Shown: in pieces, positions 16,985 to 25,613 of the stretch
Layout: every line of letters begins with the position of its first letter
How positions within the stretch are numbered: the stretch's first letter is position 1
From: Bradymonadia bacterium
GTDB taxonomy: Bacteria; Myxococcota_A; Bradymonadia; UBA7976; UBA1532
Direction of reading: 5' to 3'
Length of the DNA: 64,000 nt
NCBI GenBank assembly: GCA_046290225.1
Contig: JBKAGE010000004.1
Location: forward strand, 1-64,000
Position numbers and translations under genes: made by a program
The notes under the pieces: generated by a model
The model's database searches: none
Seen by the model: the letters and a program-made list of their open reading frames with translations, nothing else
Told to the model about the DNA's origin: nothing

Positions 16985-19155
16985 ACGAGGGCGGCTCCTT
17001 TGCTGGTGCCCGAGCCCAGGCGGCCCATCTCGATGAGCTCGGATCGGGCGGCCTGGTGTAGCAGGGCTGTGGTCAGAGGGGTGTTCTGGGCCGCGGCGAG
17101 GAAGGCCGCCCGGACCATGGAGTTGCGAATCAGCGCCCCGCTCATCTCCCACTGTCGGGCGAGGCCGATCCAGTCGAGATCAGGGTCCAGGGCGAGGCCT
17201 GGAGGCACCATGGAGCGCCACAGCTTCAGGCGCTCCTCTTCTTTGGGCAGATCGAAGTGCAGGCGGAACCGGAGGCGGCGCTTGAACGCCTGATCGATGC
17301 CCGTGCCGAGGTTGGTGGTCAGGATGGAGATGCCTTCGTACGCCTCCATGCGCTGCAGCAGGAAGTTCACCTCGAGGTTGGCGTACCGATCGTTGCTGCT
17401 CTCCACCTTGGTGCGCTTGGCGAAGAGGGAGTCGGCCTCGTCGAAGAGCAGCACCACGGGCACCCGGGAGGCTTCGTCGAAGAGGCGGGCGAGGTTCTTC
17501 TCGGTCTCGCCGACGTACTTGTCCACGATGCGGGACAAGTCGACCTGGTACATGTCGAGGCCCAGCTCTTTGGCGATCAGGGCGGCGCTCATCGTCTTCC
17601 CTGTGCCTGGCGGGCCGCTGAACAGACAGCTCAGCCCTCGGCCCTTGCTGCCGAGCTTGCGGGCGAAGCCCCACTCCTCGAACACGCGAGTGCGAAAGCG
17701 GGCGTGGGCCAGGATCTCCATCAGGCTGCCGTGGACCTCTTCCTCGATGATCAAATCGTCCCAGGTCTGGGTGGTGGAGGTGAAGGTGGCCAGATCGGCG
17801 AGGTGGGTCCTGATCTGACGACGGATGGCCTGATCGAACCGAACGGTGTCGAGTGTTGCTGTGTCGCCCAGCTCTACCCGCACGTCTCGGAGCGCGCGGT
17901 CGAGATCACCGGGACGCAACTTGTACATGTCGGCGAGGCCCATGACCTGACCCGGAGGTACCTCGAAGGCGTGTTTCTCGAGTAGCTGCGCGTAGAGGCG
18001 TGTACGCACCGGGGTTGGCGGCTCATCCATGCTCAGGGAGCGGGCATGGGGCACCAAAGCGGCGATGTGCGCCACGCTCAACCGATCCGCGGTGAGCACC
18101 ACCGGCACGTCAAAGGCCCTGAGGAGCCGCGCCAGAGCACCACCGCGTCGATCGTTGCGATCTCCGAGGGGCTCCGCGCGAATCAAGATCAACGCCCCCA
18201 ACAAGAAGCCATCTCTCAGCGCCGCTGCGAGCTGAGTCTCGAAGGGCTCTACCTCCCAGGGCAGCGCTGCGGTGTTGATGCAGAAGAGCGGGCGCTTCGC
18301 CATGAGCGCGTAGGCCCGGGCCAGGGTGCGGCGGCCGCTGCCAGGGGCACCCACAAGAAGCACGGGGGCGGTGTCCCGGCCTTGGGCCAGGGGCCCGAGC
18401 AGCCGGCCGAATCGAACAGGGTCAGGGATCACCAGCTCTTTCGGCCCTGGCCCCGACATCTCCAAAGACACAGCCCCGGGTGTGTATGACTCGTCGAGGA
18501 TGGGGCGGCCAGAGAGGCACCGCCTGACCGCGTCTGGGACGAAGATGGGCCTCAAGAGCAGGGGGGTCGCCGGCTGCCAGCGTCGATCTTCGCCAAGCTG
18601 AACCAGGCGCAGACGACGCAGCGCTGCGTCGGGGGCCAGGGCGTCTTCCAAGTCGGCCCGGTGCGCTTCGTCGTCTGCGAGCAGCTCCAGCAGAAACCCC
18701 GCCGTGGGTTGCTTCACTGCGAAGTCTGCCCAGGCGAAGGTGCACACCCGAAGCAGCCCCGGAGAGCCCTCCAGCGTGGCGAGCAGTGTCACCAGCTCCA
18801 ACGCCGTGGCATCGAGCTGAGCAAATCGACCGAGGCGGGCGGGGGGCAGATCTTCGTGGGCCTCCAGACGCTGTGAGAGCCGCGTGCGCAGGTCGACGAT
18901 CTGACCATCGAGGGCCTCTGCATCTGGCAGCGCGATGGGCGGCTTCGCCTTGCCCACCTCGAGCTCGGCGCTCACCTCTTCGATGGTGACGAAGAGATCA
19001 GAGAGGCTGCCTGCACCCTGCGCTGCCCGATACCAGTAGCGGCTCAAGTATCGTTTCAGCAGTGCCTGGGCCAGGCGGTGGGCGTCGGCCCGCCAGGGGG
19101 CAAAAGCCGGCGAGCGTGAGGGGGCTGGGGTTTCCAGTGTGGGCACGCGAGGCAC
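16981..19155 (-). CDS. AAA+ ATPase, Afp15/Pvc15-like architecture
   Basis: GPPGTGKT, DLSRIVDKYVGETEKNL, LLFDEADSLF, DRYANLEVNFLLQRME; degenerate first AAA module (GAPGSGRRT). Confidence 0.88.
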   Translation of the reverse strand: MPRVPTLETPAPSRSPAFAPWRADAHRLAQALLKRYLSRYWYRAAQGAGSLSDLFVTIEEVSAELEVGKAKPPIALPDAEALDGQIVDLRTRLSQRLEAHEDLPPARLGRFAQLDATALELVTLLATLEGSPGLLRVCTFAWADFAVKQPTAGFLLELLADDEAHRADLEDALAPDAALRRLRLVQLGEDRRWQPATPLLLRPIFVPDAVRRCLSGRPILDESYTPGAVSLEMSGPGPKELVIPDPVRFGRLLGPLAQGRDTAPVLLVGAPGSGRRTLARAYALMAKRPLFCINTAALPWEVEPFETQLAAALRDGFLLGALILIRAEPLGDRNDRRGGALARLLRAFDVPVVLTADRLSVAHIAALVPHARSLSMDEPPTPVRTRLYAQLLEKHAFEVPPGQVMGLADMYKLRPGDLDRALRDVRVELGDTATLDTVRFDQAIRRQIRTHLADLATFTSTTQTWDDLIIEEEVHGSLMEILAHARFRTRVFEEWGFARKLGSKGRGLSCLFSGPPGTGKTMSAALIAKELGLDMYQVDLSRIVDKYVGETEKNLARLFDEASRVPVVLLFDEADSLFAKRTKVESSNDRYANLEVNFLLQRMEAYEGISILTTNLGTGIDQAFKRRLRFRLHFDLPKEEERLKLWRSMVPPGLALDPDLDWIGLARQWEMSGALIRNSMVRAAFLAAAQNTPLTTALLHQAARSELIEMGRLGSGTSKGAALV

Positions 19156-19176
19156 TCCAGAGAAGCGGGGAGGGAA

Positions 19177-20802
19177 TCAGGGGCGGAAGGGCGGCCAGGC
19201 GTACACGCGCCAGCGGGCTACACCCGGACCATCAGAGAGGACCTCGAGCATCTCCAGCCGGCCGTCGCCCTCCAGGTCCGAGAGCGCCAGGCGATGCACC
19301 TCGCCGCTGAGCGGCTCGCCCTGGAACACCCGGGTGCCCTCCTCATCGAGGATTCGGACCCGGGAGGGCAGGTTGCCGTTTGCGGCCCGGTTGCCTGTGC
19401 GCAGCAGGAGCTGCTCGTCACCCTCACAGCCATCGAGCTGACCCAGGGTGCCGAGCGGACCGCGTCGATCGAGGACGAGTTCAAAGGCGGCGTTGCGCTC
19501 CGACTCCACCTCGAGCACGAGATCGCCATCAGAGATCGCGCGGAACTCCTGAGCCCCGTCGATGCCGTCTTCGTTGGGGCCGACGAGCAAACGCAGCTCT
19601 CGCTCGCCATCACCATCGACATCGCTGTCGGTGGACCACGTGAGGGTACGATAGGGACCAAACTCACCACGTCGGCGCATCGTGCCGGCTTCGTAGAGCA
19701 GGATGTAGCGCAGACCACCGCGCTCTTCCTCGACGGCGAGGCGCAGTGCATCGCCTGCTCGATAGAACTCTGCACGCAGGAATTCGCCGATCAAAGGCGA
19801 GGCGGCACCTGCCTCGACGAGATCCTCGCGATGGTAGCGCACGGTGAGCTGGTTGCCCTCAATGGAGGCCGTGACCAGCTCATCGCCCATACCGCGCACC
19901 GCCTGTGGTCCCGGGTCGACGCCCTCGGCGGTGTCGTTGATGGGCACAAAGCCCGCGGTGATGCGTCCGGTGAGGGCCTGCCGGGCGATGTCTTCGAGGT
20001 TCCCGCCGTCGAGCAGCGCCACCCCGAGACCGCCGGTGTAGACGAAATCCACGCCGCCATCACCATTGGCATCCCAAGCAGGGTGAATGGTGCACACTCC
20101 GAGGGCGAGCTGCTCGGTCCCTGCCACTGGATCGAAGATCCCACACCCTCCATCAGAGAAGTTCACCGCTGCGCGCCAGCCAGCACCTGTCTCCACGGGC
20201 ATCACCGCGATGGGGGTACCTGGCAACGACACACGACCGAGATCTGCTCCGGCGGTGTCCACCACCCGCAGCGCCGGTTGAGCGCCCTCTTGATCCGCCC
20301 CGGGCTGCTCCAGGAGGAACAGTGCTTCGCGCCCACCTGCAGAGACTGGGCGGTGCAGCGGCCCGGGGTCGGGGATCACAGGTGAGATGACCCTCAGGGT
20401 GTGCCCGGGCGCGGCTTCAACGGAGAAGAGCTCAGTCAGTTGAGTGCCGAGAACGCCCGAGAGCTTCGGGGGGCTGGCTGCATCGTATGTCAGCAAGATA
20501 TCGGCGAGGCCATCACCGTCGAGGTCATGATCGCCCTGGATGTCGGTGAGCCCGTCCATCGGCTCGCTCTCGTGAGTGGGCACCAGGACACCGTTCTCCG
20601 AGAGGCAGGCATTCGGCTCCAGCTCTGCATCCGGGGGCGGCAGGAACATGTCGAAGAGATCGAGATCAGGCCGTGCATCGGCGGTGCCGGCGTCGAGATC
20701 GACGGAGCCGTCGGCGTCAGCGCCTCCACTTTCACTCTCCGAGCAGCCTGCTGCGGCGCCGAGCAAAGTGAGGCTCAGTGACATCAAGTAACGCTTCATC
20801 AT
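19177..20802 (-). CDS. Lipoprotein with FG-GAP/VCBS-like Ca-binding repeats
   Basis: Lipobox AAGC; DLDGDGLADIL, DANGDGGVDF, DVDGDGEREL, DLEGDGRLEM. Confidence 0.75.
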   Translation of the reverse strand: MMKRYLMSLSLTLLGAAAGCSESESGGADADGSVDLDAGTADARPDLDLFDMFLPPPDAELEPNACLSENGVLVPTHESEPMDGLTDIQGDHDLDGDGLADILLTYDAASPPKLSGVLGTQLTELFSVEAAPGHTLRVISPVIPDPGPLHRPVSAGGREALFLLEQPGADQEGAQPALRVVDTAGADLGRVSLPGTPIAVMPVETGAGWRAAVNFSDGGCGIFDPVAGTEQLALGVCTIHPAWDANGDGGVDFVYTGGLGVALLDGGNLEDIARQALTGRITAGFVPINDTAEGVDPGPQAVRGMGDELVTASIEGNQLTVRYHREDLVEAGAASPLIGEFLRAEFYRAGDALRLAVEEERGGLRYILLYEAGTMRRRGEFGPYRTLTWSTDSDVDGDGERELRLLVGPNEDGIDGAQEFRAISDGDLVLEVESERNAAFELVLDRRGPLGTLGQLDGCEGDEQLLLRTGNRAANGNLPSRVRILDEEGTRVFQGEPLSGEVHRLALSDLEGDGRLEMLEVLSDGPGVARWRVYAWPPFRP

Positions 20803-21089
20803 GTTTGACGGTACCCTTTGAAAAGACAGGGAACGTTATGTGCTGTGCCAGCGACGGCTTCACGCCTCGCCTCAGCCCTCTCCCTGGCTCTTAGCAGAGA
20901 TCTCACGAGGCGAACAACGGGCCTCGACTCAACGGACTGGCCTTCGACGGTCGATTGGCTGTAGTATCCACGGTGCTGCGCCGAAGATGGAGGAGTGTGC
21001 TCGACTGCTGTCTGTGATTGTTCCGACAGTAACCGGCACCCCCGCCCTGCGTGGCGTGCTGTTGAACCTGTGGAGGAGCCCAGAAGCAC

Positions 21090-21728
21090 TTGGACGAGCG
21101 TAGACGCATCAACGAGCAGATCCGCATCCCTCGCATCATGGTCATCGACGACGAGGGCGAGCAGCTCGGGGAAATGCACCCCGACGAAGGCCGCCGTATT
21201 GCCCGCGAGAAGGGGATGGACCTCGTCGAGGTGGCCCCCAACGCCCGGCCGCCGGTCTGCCGCATCATGGATTATGGCCGCTTCAAGTACGAGCAGCGCA
21301 AGCGCTCGAAGAAGCAGCACCAGGTGCAGACGAAGATGATCAAAATGCGCCCCAAGACCGACCCTCACGACCTCGAGACCAAGCTGCGTCACGCGCGGCG
21401 GTTCCTCGAGGGCGGTGATCGGGTGCGGTTTGTGGTGCGCATGCGTGGCCGTGAGCGTTCGGTGACCGAGCGTTGGCAGAAGCAGCTCAACGAGCTGTTG
21501 GCCAAACTCGACGACATCGGCGTGGTGACCGGCCGCCCCGCCCTCGAAGGTGGTGCTGTGTGTGCCACCGTCGAGCCCCGAGCAAAGCCCCAGCCCCAGG
21601 CCAAGCCAAAGCCCCAGCGCCCCCAGCGCCCCGAGGTCAAGGCTGCGCCCGAGGTCCCCGCCGCAGCACCTGCTGCTGCACCCGAGGCCCCCGCCGCAGC
21701 ACCTGCTGCTGCACCCGAAGGCAGCTGA
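21090..21728 (+). CDS. infC: Translation initiation factor IF-3 with Pro/Ala-rich C-terminal tail
   Basis: RINEQI, DLVEVAPNARPPVCRIMDYGRFKYE, RMRGRE; TTG start with upstream GGAGGAG at 21072-21078. Confidence 0.95.
   Translation: MDERRRINEQIRIPRIMVIDDEGEQLGEMHPDEGRRIAREKGMDLVEVAPNARPPVCRIMDYGRFKYEQRKRSKKQHQVQTKMIKMRPKTDPHDLETKLRHARRFLEGGDRVRFVVRMRGRERSVTERWQKQLNELLAKLDDIGVVTGRPALEGGAVCATVEPRAKPQPQAKPKPQRPQRPEVKAAPEVPAAAPAAAPEAPAAAPAAAPEGS
21648..21713 (+). repeat. 33-bp tandem duplication in the infC tail (PE(V/A)PAAAPAAA x2)
   Basis: Units 21648-21680 and 21681-21713 differ at one base. Confidence 0.9.
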
Positions 21729-21794
21729 GCCTGATTCTCTTCCCTTCAGTCAGGGCGCCCTGAGGCCCACTGACCATCAGCCTGCATCCAGGCC

Positions 21795-21823
21795 TTGTTG
21801 CCGTGGGCCGCCGTGGGTACACT
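21795..21823 (+). promoter_or_regulatory. Candidate sigma70 promoter giving a leaderless transcript
   Basis: TTGTTG-N17-TACACT, 7 nt before GTG 21831; no Shine-Dalgarno sequence. Confidence 0.45.
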
Positions 21824-21830
21824 CCCCGCC

Positions 21831-23891
21831 GTGAAAGCCCTCATCACCCTGCTCTGCGTGGCCTTCTGTCTCGCGAGCCCGACCCTCACTCAAGCTCAGC
21901 GCCCCGAGTTTCCCTCTGGGGTCGAGGGCCGCCCGCTGCGGGCGCCGCTCAAGACCGAGAACCTCACCCGAGGTTTCCGCTTCGATCCGCCTTTCTGGGT
22001 CACCGCCGTGGCGCCTTCCGATCCCAACGTCGTCTATGTGGGGACCGATCGAGGCTATATCTATGTGAGCCGTGATGGTGGGCAGTCTTGGGAAGAGTTC
22101 CGGGTGCGTACGCGGAATAGCGCTTTCTATGGCGCCATTCGCCCCATGGGCCAACCGAACCTCGTCTCCAGTCGGGTACCTCGTCGCTGGACGGAGAATC
22201 GCCTGAGCAGCCTGCTCACCCTCGATTTCGCATTTCGTGGTCCCAGTATCGAGCCTGATCCGCCTTCGTCGGTCAGTGGTGAAGCATCACCGCTTGGTGA
22301 TGCCGCTGGGGGTTTTGGCTCAGGCATCAACTCCCCAGATCCCAGCGGCAAGGTAAATGGCCTGTTTGGCCGTACGCACATGCCGCATGTGTGGAAGGGC
22401 TCCGGTGGTGGTGGTGGCCCCGGCGCGCGTCTGGGTGTGGGCTTGAGGGGCGGCGCCCCCTGGCTGACGCTGGCGCTGCGCAAAAAGCGGCGTTGGGCCA
22501 TCGGCATCAACATGAAGCAGACGCTGGCCCTCAAGACCTCGCCGCCCACGGGGGTGTACTGGATCAGCGTCAACCCCAATGATCCCAATGATGCCTTCGC
22601 GGCGACCCAGGACGGCTTGCTTCGCACCGTTGATGGGGGTCTGACATGGCCCACGGTGCTCACTGGGGCCACCCCCAGCGAGCGCTACATGCTGCACATC
22701 ACCCGCAGCCCTCATGATCCCAACACGCTGGCTCTGGCCACTGGCGCAGGGTTGTTCATGAGCAGAGATGGTGGGGAGACCTTCGCCCGCGTGGTGGACG
22801 GCCGTGTCGCCCAGTACGGCATCAGCTGGATCGAGTTTCACGCCACTGATCCCGACACGTTCTACGTAGGCACCACGAGAGCGGGCATGTTCCGCACCAA
22901 GGATGGCGGTGATAACTTCAAGTGGGTCTACATCCGCACGTGGCCCCACCAGAACTACGTCACCATCATGGCCGTGGACAAAGCCCAGCCTTCTCGGGTG
23001 CTCATGGGCACTCGAGATGGGCTGTTCGTCAGCGAAGACGAAGGGGAGACCTTCGAGCGCGCAGGTGGGCTTCAGTTCGTGGGGGATCGCATCAAGGCCC
23101 TGTCGAGCTCAGGCCGGCCCGGTCACTTCATGCTCGCCACCTACGCCGATCTCTGGGAAACCTTCGACGGCGGCAAGACGTGGCAGGTGCTCTACTTCGG
23201 CGCCAATGAGTGGACGATCAACTACGCCCACTTCGATCCGGTGCGCCCTGACACCATCTGGGTGGTCACCTGGGCTGAGATCCTGCGGCTCAGCCCGAGC
23301 AAGCCCGTCGACGTGCCCCGTGATCTCGTTCAACGGTGGCGCGCTTTTCTGAAGACCGAGCCCACCAGCGCAGAGGTCATCCGTGTGGCCCTCACGGAAT
23401 TCGGGGTGTGGAGAGAAGACCTCAACAGCTACCGCAGCAACTCGCGATGGGCGGGGTTGATCCCGAACATCGACGCTGGCTTTCAGCATCAGACCACTGA
23501 TCTCGAGAAGGGCAGGCGATCGGCAGTGCTCGGCGCGCCCATGCTGGGCAACGGTGGCCTCGGCGGACCGCCCCAGTTCATCTGGGAACCTCAGCTGTTG
23601 CAGCGTCAATACTGGTGGGTGATGGGTCAATGGGATTTGGCCCAGCTGGTCTTCAACCAGGACGAGATCCCGACGGGTCGCGTCGAGAGCACGATGCGAT
23701 TCCTCGAACGCCGCATCCGGCTATCGGTGCTCGACATGTATCTCGAGCGTCGTCGTCTGCAGCTGGAACAGATGATGGGGGTGAACTCGAGCCCCCGGGC
23801 CACGCTGATGCGCAACCTGCGCCTCGAAGAGCTGACGGCCCACCTCAACGCCCTCACTGGGGGCGTCTTCAAAGATATGTCCGCCCTCTGA
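21831..23891 (+). CDS. Secreted BNR/Vps10-like beta-propeller fused to a C-terminal half-TolC-like domain
   Basis: Signal peptide VKALITLLCVAFCLA; many Asp-boxes (SRDGGQSW, TVDGGLTW, TKDGGDNF, TFDGGKTW); last ~175 aa align by eye with the next gene. Confidence 0.75.
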   Translation: MKALITLLCVAFCLASPTLTQAQRPEFPSGVEGRPLRAPLKTENLTRGFRFDPPFWVTAVAPSDPNVVYVGTDRGYIYVSRDGGQSWEEFRVRTRNSAFYGAIRPMGQPNLVSSRVPRRWTENRLSSLLTLDFAFRGPSIEPDPPSSVSGEASPLGDAAGGFGSGINSPDPSGKVNGLFGRTHMPHVWKGSGGGGGPGARLGVGLRGGAPWLTLALRKKRRWAIGINMKQTLALKTSPPTGVYWISVNPNDPNDAFAATQDGLLRTVDGGLTWPTVLTGATPSERYMLHITRSPHDPNTLALATGAGLFMSRDGGETFARVVDGRVAQYGISWIEFHATDPDTFYVGTTRAGMFRTKDGGDNFKWVYIRTWPHQNYVTIMAVDKAQPSRVLMGTRDGLFVSEDEGETFERAGGLQFVGDRIKALSSSGRPGHFMLATYADLWETFDGGKTWQVLYFGANEWTINYAHFDPVRPDTIWVVTWAEILRLSPSKPVDVPRDLVQRWRAFLKTEPTSAEVIRVALTEFGVWREDLNSYRSNSRWAGLIPNIDAGFQHQTTDLEKGRRSAVLGAPMLGNGGLGGPPQFIWEPQLLQRQYWWVMGQWDLAQLVFNQDEIPTGRVESTMRFLERRIRLSVLDMYLERRRLQLEQMMGVNSSPRATLMRNLRLEELTAHLNALTGGVFKDMSAL

Positions 23892-23913
23892 TGGGCCACC
23901 TTGGAGTGAGTGC

Positions 23914-24612
23914 ATGAAGCCCACAACCCCCTCGAGACTCGGCCTCGTCGTCGTCTGGATGGTCCTCCTCACCTCGGTGAGCCCGGCCTTTGCCCAGGGC
24001 AATGGCTTCTCTCCGGAGATCGAAGCGGCCCTCGAGGCCCTCAAAGCGGAGCCCACTGTGCAGGAGAGCCAGAGCGCCGCCCTGCAGTTCTTCCGCATCG
24101 ACCCCGACACCGTGAGCTCCATGCGCACGCGGGCCGGGTGGAAGGCGCTCTTGCCGTCGGTGAGCGCCAACTTCAATCAGGTCTCGAACAACATCGACCT
24201 CGACACCTACCGCTTCGACTTCGATCCGACATTGCAGCAGGTTGCTGTGCGCGATGACGCTGAGTCGGTTTCGACCAGCGTCGGGGTGGCCGCCTCGTGG
24301 GATTTGCCCAAGTTGATCTTCAACGCCGAGGTTCTCGACGTGAGCTCCCTGGCGGTGCTCCAGGAGTCGGTGCTCAAGGAGATCACCCGCATCTACTACA
24401 CGCGGCGTCGTCTACAGATCGACCTCATCCTCAACCCGCCGACTGACCCCTCCACCCGGTTGGCCAAGGAGCTGCGCGTCGAGGAGCTCACCAGCACCCT
24501 CGACGCCATGACCGGCAACCTGTTCTCCAACCAGGCCAAGGCCCGGTCGCGGCGGGGCAAGCGCCGTCGTCGCCGGCCCGCCGCTCAGCAACAGGCCAAG
24601 GGGGCGCGGTGA
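23914..24612 (+). CDS. Secreted protein resembling a single outer-membrane efflux (TolC) repeat
   Basis: Signal peptide ending AFA-Q; ALLPSVSANF...VGVAASWDLPKLIF...ITRIYYTRRRLQ...LDAMTG. Confidence 0.55.
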   Translation: MKPTTPSRLGLVVVWMVLLTSVSPAFAQGNGFSPEIEAALEALKAEPTVQESQSAALQFFRIDPDTVSSMRTRAGWKALLPSVSANFNQVSNNIDLDTYRFDFDPTLQQVAVRDDAESVSTSVGVAASWDLPKLIFNAEVLDVSSLAVLQESVLKEITRIYYTRRRLQIDLILNPPTDPSTRLAKELRVEELTSTLDAMTGNLFSNQAKARSRRGKRRRRRPAAQQQAKGAR

Positions 24613-24974
24613 GGTGGCCCCTGGTGCTGATGGGTGTGCTCACCCTCGGCGCCTGCAGCAAGTCTGGCTCTTCTGAGCAGAGCCCCACAGCACAGGCCCA
24701 GACCCTCTATGCAGAGCGTTGCAGTACCTGCCACGGCAAGACCGGGGGCGGGGATGGCCCAGGGGCCGGGGCGCTCGCCCCCAAACCCAGAGCGTTCACC
24801 GATGCTGCATGGCAGTCTTCAGTGAGCGACGCTCACCTCGAGCAAATCATCGTGGGCGGCGGGGCGGCCGTAGGGAAGAGCGTGCTCATGCCGCCGAACC
24901 CCGACCTCGAAGGCGAGCCGGAAGTCTTGAAGGCGATCATCAAGATCATCCGTGGGTTCGGGCCTCGGGGTTGA
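24609..24974 (+). CDS. Monoheme cytochrome c lipoprotein
   Basis: Lipobox LGAC; CSTCHG, GDGP, distal Met in LMPP. Confidence 0.9.
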   Translation: MRWPLVLMGVLTLGACSKSGSSEQSPTAQAQTLYAERCSTCHGKTGGGDGPGAGALAPKPRAFTDAAWQSSVSDAHLEQIIVGGGAAVGKSVLMPPNPDLEGEPEVLKAIIKIIRGFGPRG

Positions 24975-25074
24975 GCCGGGCCTTCAACCGAAAGAATTGC
25001 GTCCCTCCTGTGGAGAGGGCACCATCTCCAGGTGTGGTACGTACCCAGTTTCTGTCCCTGAGTTCGAGGTGAAG

Positions 25075-25524
25075 ATGGCGTCTATCAACAAGATCCTGGT
25101 CCCGACTGATTTCTCCGACTGCTCCGCGGTGGCCTTCGACAAGGCCACTGAGCTCGCTGGCGCCCTCGGCGCCGAGCTGACCTTGTTGCACATCTACGAG
25201 CCCCCGACCTACGTGGGTGACGTCGTGGTGCAGATGCCCGGCCAGGAGGGCCTCACTGTGAGCGAGTACATTCGTGCTGAGGCTCGTCATGAGATGGATG
25301 CGTTCCTCAAAGAGAAGAGCCTCCCCGAGGGCTTGACGGTCCACCACCGGCTCGAGCCCGGGCATCACGCCACGGCCCTCAAGAAGATCGCCAAAGAAGA
25401 AGACTTCGACCTCATCGTCATGGGCACACATGGCCGCACTGGCCTGGCCCACGCCCTCCTCGGCTCCGTCGCCGAGAAGTTGATCCGCACTGCCGACGTG
25501 CCAGTGATGGTGGTGCGCGGCTGA
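25075..25524 (+). CDS. Universal stress protein
   Basis: KILVPTDFS, DLIVMGTHGRTG, LLGSVAEK; ATG 25075 after GAGGTG. Confidence 0.95.
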   Translation: MASINKILVPTDFSDCSAVAFDKATELAGALGAELTLLHIYEPPTYVGDVVVQMPGQEGLTVSEYIRAEARHEMDAFLKEKSLPEGLTVHHRLEPGHHATALKKIAKEEDFDLIVMGTHGRTGLAHALLGSVAEKLIRTADVPVMVVRG

Positions 25525-25613
25525 GCGTCGAAACCATCGTCATGATGCTTTCGTGACGGAGGCATGACGGTGCCATCACCCACAGAGATCCACCACACGT
25601 CATCCTCGATGAT

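Noticed and set aside
15440..17293. 617-aa plus-strand ORF
   Set aside because: Antisense shadow of pepT and the AAA ATPase
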